Source of the DNA: Synechococcus elongatus PCC 6301
Lineage (GTDB): Bacteria > Cyanobacteriota > Cyanobacteriia > Synechococcales > Synechococcaceae
DNA length: 32,000 nucleotides
Assembly: GCF_000010065.1 (NCBI RefSeq)
Contig: NC_006576.1
Coordinates: 1,950,001-1,982,000 of the forward strand
Reading direction: 5' to 3'
Part shown: positions 29,822 through 32,000 of the stretch, in pieces
Layout of the letters: each line of letters begins with the position of its first letter
Position numbering within the stretch: position 1 is the stretch's first letter
Translations under genes and position numbers: made by a program
The notes under the pieces: generated by a model
The model's database searches: none
What the model was told of the DNA's origin: nothing
What the model saw: only the letters and a program-made list of their open reading frames with translations

Positions 29822-30956
29822 CGCGATCGCCTGCTGGGGCGGTGAGGCCCAACTGTTTCCTTGGCTCACACAAGTCCAGGGGCGATCGCCCTTGCTGGCC
29901 GTCCTGCTGGCATTCACCGAGACGGCGTTGATTCCAGGCATTTCTGCTGCCGGTAAAACCCCTCGCGATCGCCGCTACACTGCCCATGCTGATGCTGAGT
30001 TTCTCTACAACGGCCCGAATCCACAGCCTCAATACCCGCTGCCTCCGCTACAGGCAGGAGCATCACCGGTCTTGATCACACGGGCCTGTGTGGAACAGTT
30101 GGCCACACCACTGTTTTTAATTGATGCTGGCCTCACGCAACCACTCCCAGTCCCTGCAATTCGCCTCAACAGTCAGCCAGCTCGCTGCCTCAGTACGGGG
30201 CAGGCCATGCCGATCGCGATCGCTCAACAACTGTTCCAGCAAGGACAAGCCCACGGGGCTGCGATCGCGGCTCAACATCCCGATCGCTGGTTGGTTCTCG
30301 GGGAATGCGTCGTCGGTGGCACCAGTACGGCCTTGGCATTGCTGTTGGCTTTAGGCATTGAAGCGGCAGGCTGTGTTAGTAGCAGCCATCCCACTTGTAA
30401 CCACGGGCAAAAATTAGCTCTCGTGCAGCAGGGTCTAGCGGCAATTCCCGATCGCCCAGCGCGATCACCTCTAGAGCTGGCAGCAGCAATCGCTGATCCC
30501 ATGTTGATTGCGGCGGCAGGAATGGCCATGGCCGTCAGTCAGACCCAGTCAGTGCTCTTGGCTGGCGGTACTCAAATGCTGGCCGCTTACGCCTTGATGG
30601 CTGCAATCGCCCAGACTGGTGTGGCATGGCAACCCGATCGCATTGCGGTGGGAACAACTCGCTGGGTGATGGTCGATCCGAGTGCTCAGGTGGCACAGTT
30701 AGGCCCCGCGATCGCTTCACGATTCGGTTGGGAACCGTTATTGCTCTCCACCCAGCTCAACTTCCAGCGATCGCGTCATGCTCAGCTGCAGGTCTATGAG
30801 CAGGGGTTTGTCAAAGAAGGGGTGGCTGCAGGAGGCATGGCGATCGCAGCTAGCTTGGCCACTGGTGCCAGTGTCGAAACCCTCAGGCAGTGGGTTGATG
30901 ACTTGGGCGATCGCGCAATCGCGGCTAGCGGTATTGCAAGTGCGGTGACTGATTGA
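29811..30956 (+). CDS. CobT-like (nicotinate-nucleotide-dimethylbenzimidazole phosphoribosyltransferase-like) protein
   Basis: LLAFTETALIPGISAAGKTPRDRRYTAHADAEFLYNG, VLGECVVGGTSTALALLLALGIEAAGCVSSSHPTCNH, SVLLAGGTQMLAAYALM, FVKEGVAAGG. ATG at 29811 overlaps the previous gene's 3' end. Confidence 0.85.
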   Translation: MRTDAIACWGGEAQLFPWLTQVQGRSPLLAVLLAFTETALIPGISAAGKTPRDRRYTAHADAEFLYNGPNPQPQYPLPPLQAGASPVLITRACVEQLATPLFLIDAGLTQPLPVPAIRLNSQPARCLSTGQAMPIAIAQQLFQQGQAHGAAIAAQHPDRWLVLGECVVGGTSTALALLLALGIEAAGCVSSSHPTCNHGQKLALVQQGLAAIPDRPARSPLELAAAIADPMLIAAAGMAMAVSQTQSVLLAGGTQMLAAYALMAAIAQTGVAWQPDRIAVGTTRWVMVDPSAQVAQLGPAIASRFGWEPLLLSTQLNFQRSRHAQLQVYEQGFVKEGVAAGGMAIAASLATGASVETLRQWVDDLGDRAIAASGIASAVTD

Positions 30957-31182
30957 GCACTTGTTCTTCGAGGGCAGCAATGCGGCCGTAGGCAGCGATG
31001 AGCTGAGCATGCAGCCGCTGAACTTGCGAATCCGCATCGGGGCTGGTCTCGGATGCGGCAGGGGCAGTAGCCAAGGTCGGTTGGCGCTGCTGCAACACAT
31101 GTTGGTGAAGCTCGCTCAAGACCAACCACTGGCGATCGAGTTGAGCTTGCAAGGCCTGAATTTGAGATTCCAGATCGGTCAT
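30925..31182 (-). CDS. Small coiled-coil hypothetical protein (85 aa)
   Basis: MTDLESQIQALQAQLDRQWLVLSELHQHVLQQ... HAQLIAAYGRIAALEEQVLNQ with heptad pattern. Converges on the CobT-like gene. Confidence 0.6.
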   Translation of the reverse strand: MTDLESQIQALQAQLDRQWLVLSELHQHVLQQRQPTLATAPAASETSPDADSQVQRLHAQLIAAYGRIAALEEQVLNQSPHLQYR

Positions 31183-31300
31183 GTGGGCTGGAGCAACGGC
31201 ACTTCGGTCATCTTAGGAATCAGAAGCAAGGGAACCAGCGTTGATCCCAAAGACTTAACCTTCAGGCGGTCGCTGTAGCATGACCGAGGGGTTCGCCTAG

Positions 31301-32000
31301 GCCAACTGGATATTTCTGAGTCGTCGCCGTTTTTTGCAAGCCAGTGTGGGTCTGCCGGGCCTAGCACTGGCAGGCTGCCGCTCGGCCGATCTACAACTGC
31401 TGCTGCCGGGTAACACTGTCCCTGCACCCATCCTGCGCCGCTTTCAAGATCGCACTCAGATTACGGTGCAGCTTGATCGCGCGGCGGGCCTGGTCGATAG
31501 CAGTCGTCTATTGCTGACAGAAGACCCTAGCCGCCTGCCCAATCTCTTGGGGATTGGAGATGCTTGGCTCCAGTCTGCGATCGCCTCAGGGCGACTGGCC
31601 CCCTTTAACCCCAATCACTGGCGGCATTGGACCTCGTTGCCTCAACGTTGGCGACAGCAACTGCGGCGCGATCGCCAAGGGGTGCCTAGCGAAGCAGGAG
31701 AGATTTGGGCGGCGCCCTACCGCTGGGGCACCACGATGATTGCCTTTCGCCGCGATCGCTTGACGAGCCCACTCCAAGACTGGACAGATCTGTGGCGGCC
31801 CGAACTGCGTGGCCAGCTGATCTTGCCAGATGATCCTCGCGAAGTAATTGGTCTGACGCTCAAACGGTTGGGCTGGAGCTATAACCAAGCTAATTTGGCG
31901 GAGATTCCCCAACTCGAACCTTTGCTGGCAGCCTTACAGCAACAGGTCAAGCTCTACAGCTCCCGCAACTATTTGCAGCCGTTGTTACTCGGTGATGCTC
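31301..32000 (+). CDS. Extracellular solute-binding (PotD-like) lipoprotein with Tat-like signal; 3' truncated by window, start codon unclear
   Basis: Open frame from after TAG 31298-31300 to the window end, translating ANWIFLSRRRFLQASVGLPGLALAGCRSADLQLLLPGNTVPAPILRRFQDRTQITVQL...GEIWAAPYRWGTTMIAFRRDRL. Contains a Tat-like SRRRFLQ and a lipobox LAGC. Confidence 0.75.

Noticed and set aside
29131-29931. 266 aa ORF in plus strand
   Set aside because: Out-of-frame shadow of the DUF2232-like and CobT-like genes, with Arg/Pro/Ala-biased composition.

Overview
The window looks like a cyanobacterial chromosome, with Synechococcus elongatus-like gene content, abundant HIP1 octamers (GCGATCGC) and typical cyanobacterial genes. 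No CRISPR array, IS element or prophage is supported. The most distinctive region is 0.9-11.1 kb, a surface-glycan island. It carries a complete four-gene KDO (3-deoxy-D-manno-octulosonate) activation operon in the order kdsD-kdsB-kdsA-kdsC. On each side lies a two-gene cassette in mirror orientation, made of a GT8-like glycosyltransferase followed by a GT-B/polysialyltransferase-like protein. A divergently transcribed O-antigen-ligase/polymerase-like membrane protein sits next to it. In the plus-strand cassette the second gene has no ATG/GTG/TTG start near its apparent N-terminus. The end of the first gene carries an in-phase slippery heptamer (T TTT TTC) whose -1 frame reads into the second gene, so a programmed -1 frameshift fusion is a testable hypothesis. 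The rest of the window holds a glutamine synthetase fragment, a glycerol-dehydrogenase-like protein, an alpha/beta hydrolase, a DUF554-like membrane protein, a DICT/GAF histidine kinase, a TPR protein, an ammonium transporter with an upstream NtcA-type site, a polynucleotide-kinase-like/WYL fusion protein, tRNA-Arg(UCU), chlD, a PD-(D/E)XK-like protein, folK, a NUDIX hydrolase, an M42 peptidase, a DUF2232-like protein, a CobT-like protein and a truncated Tat/lipobox solute-binding protein with an unusual translation start.
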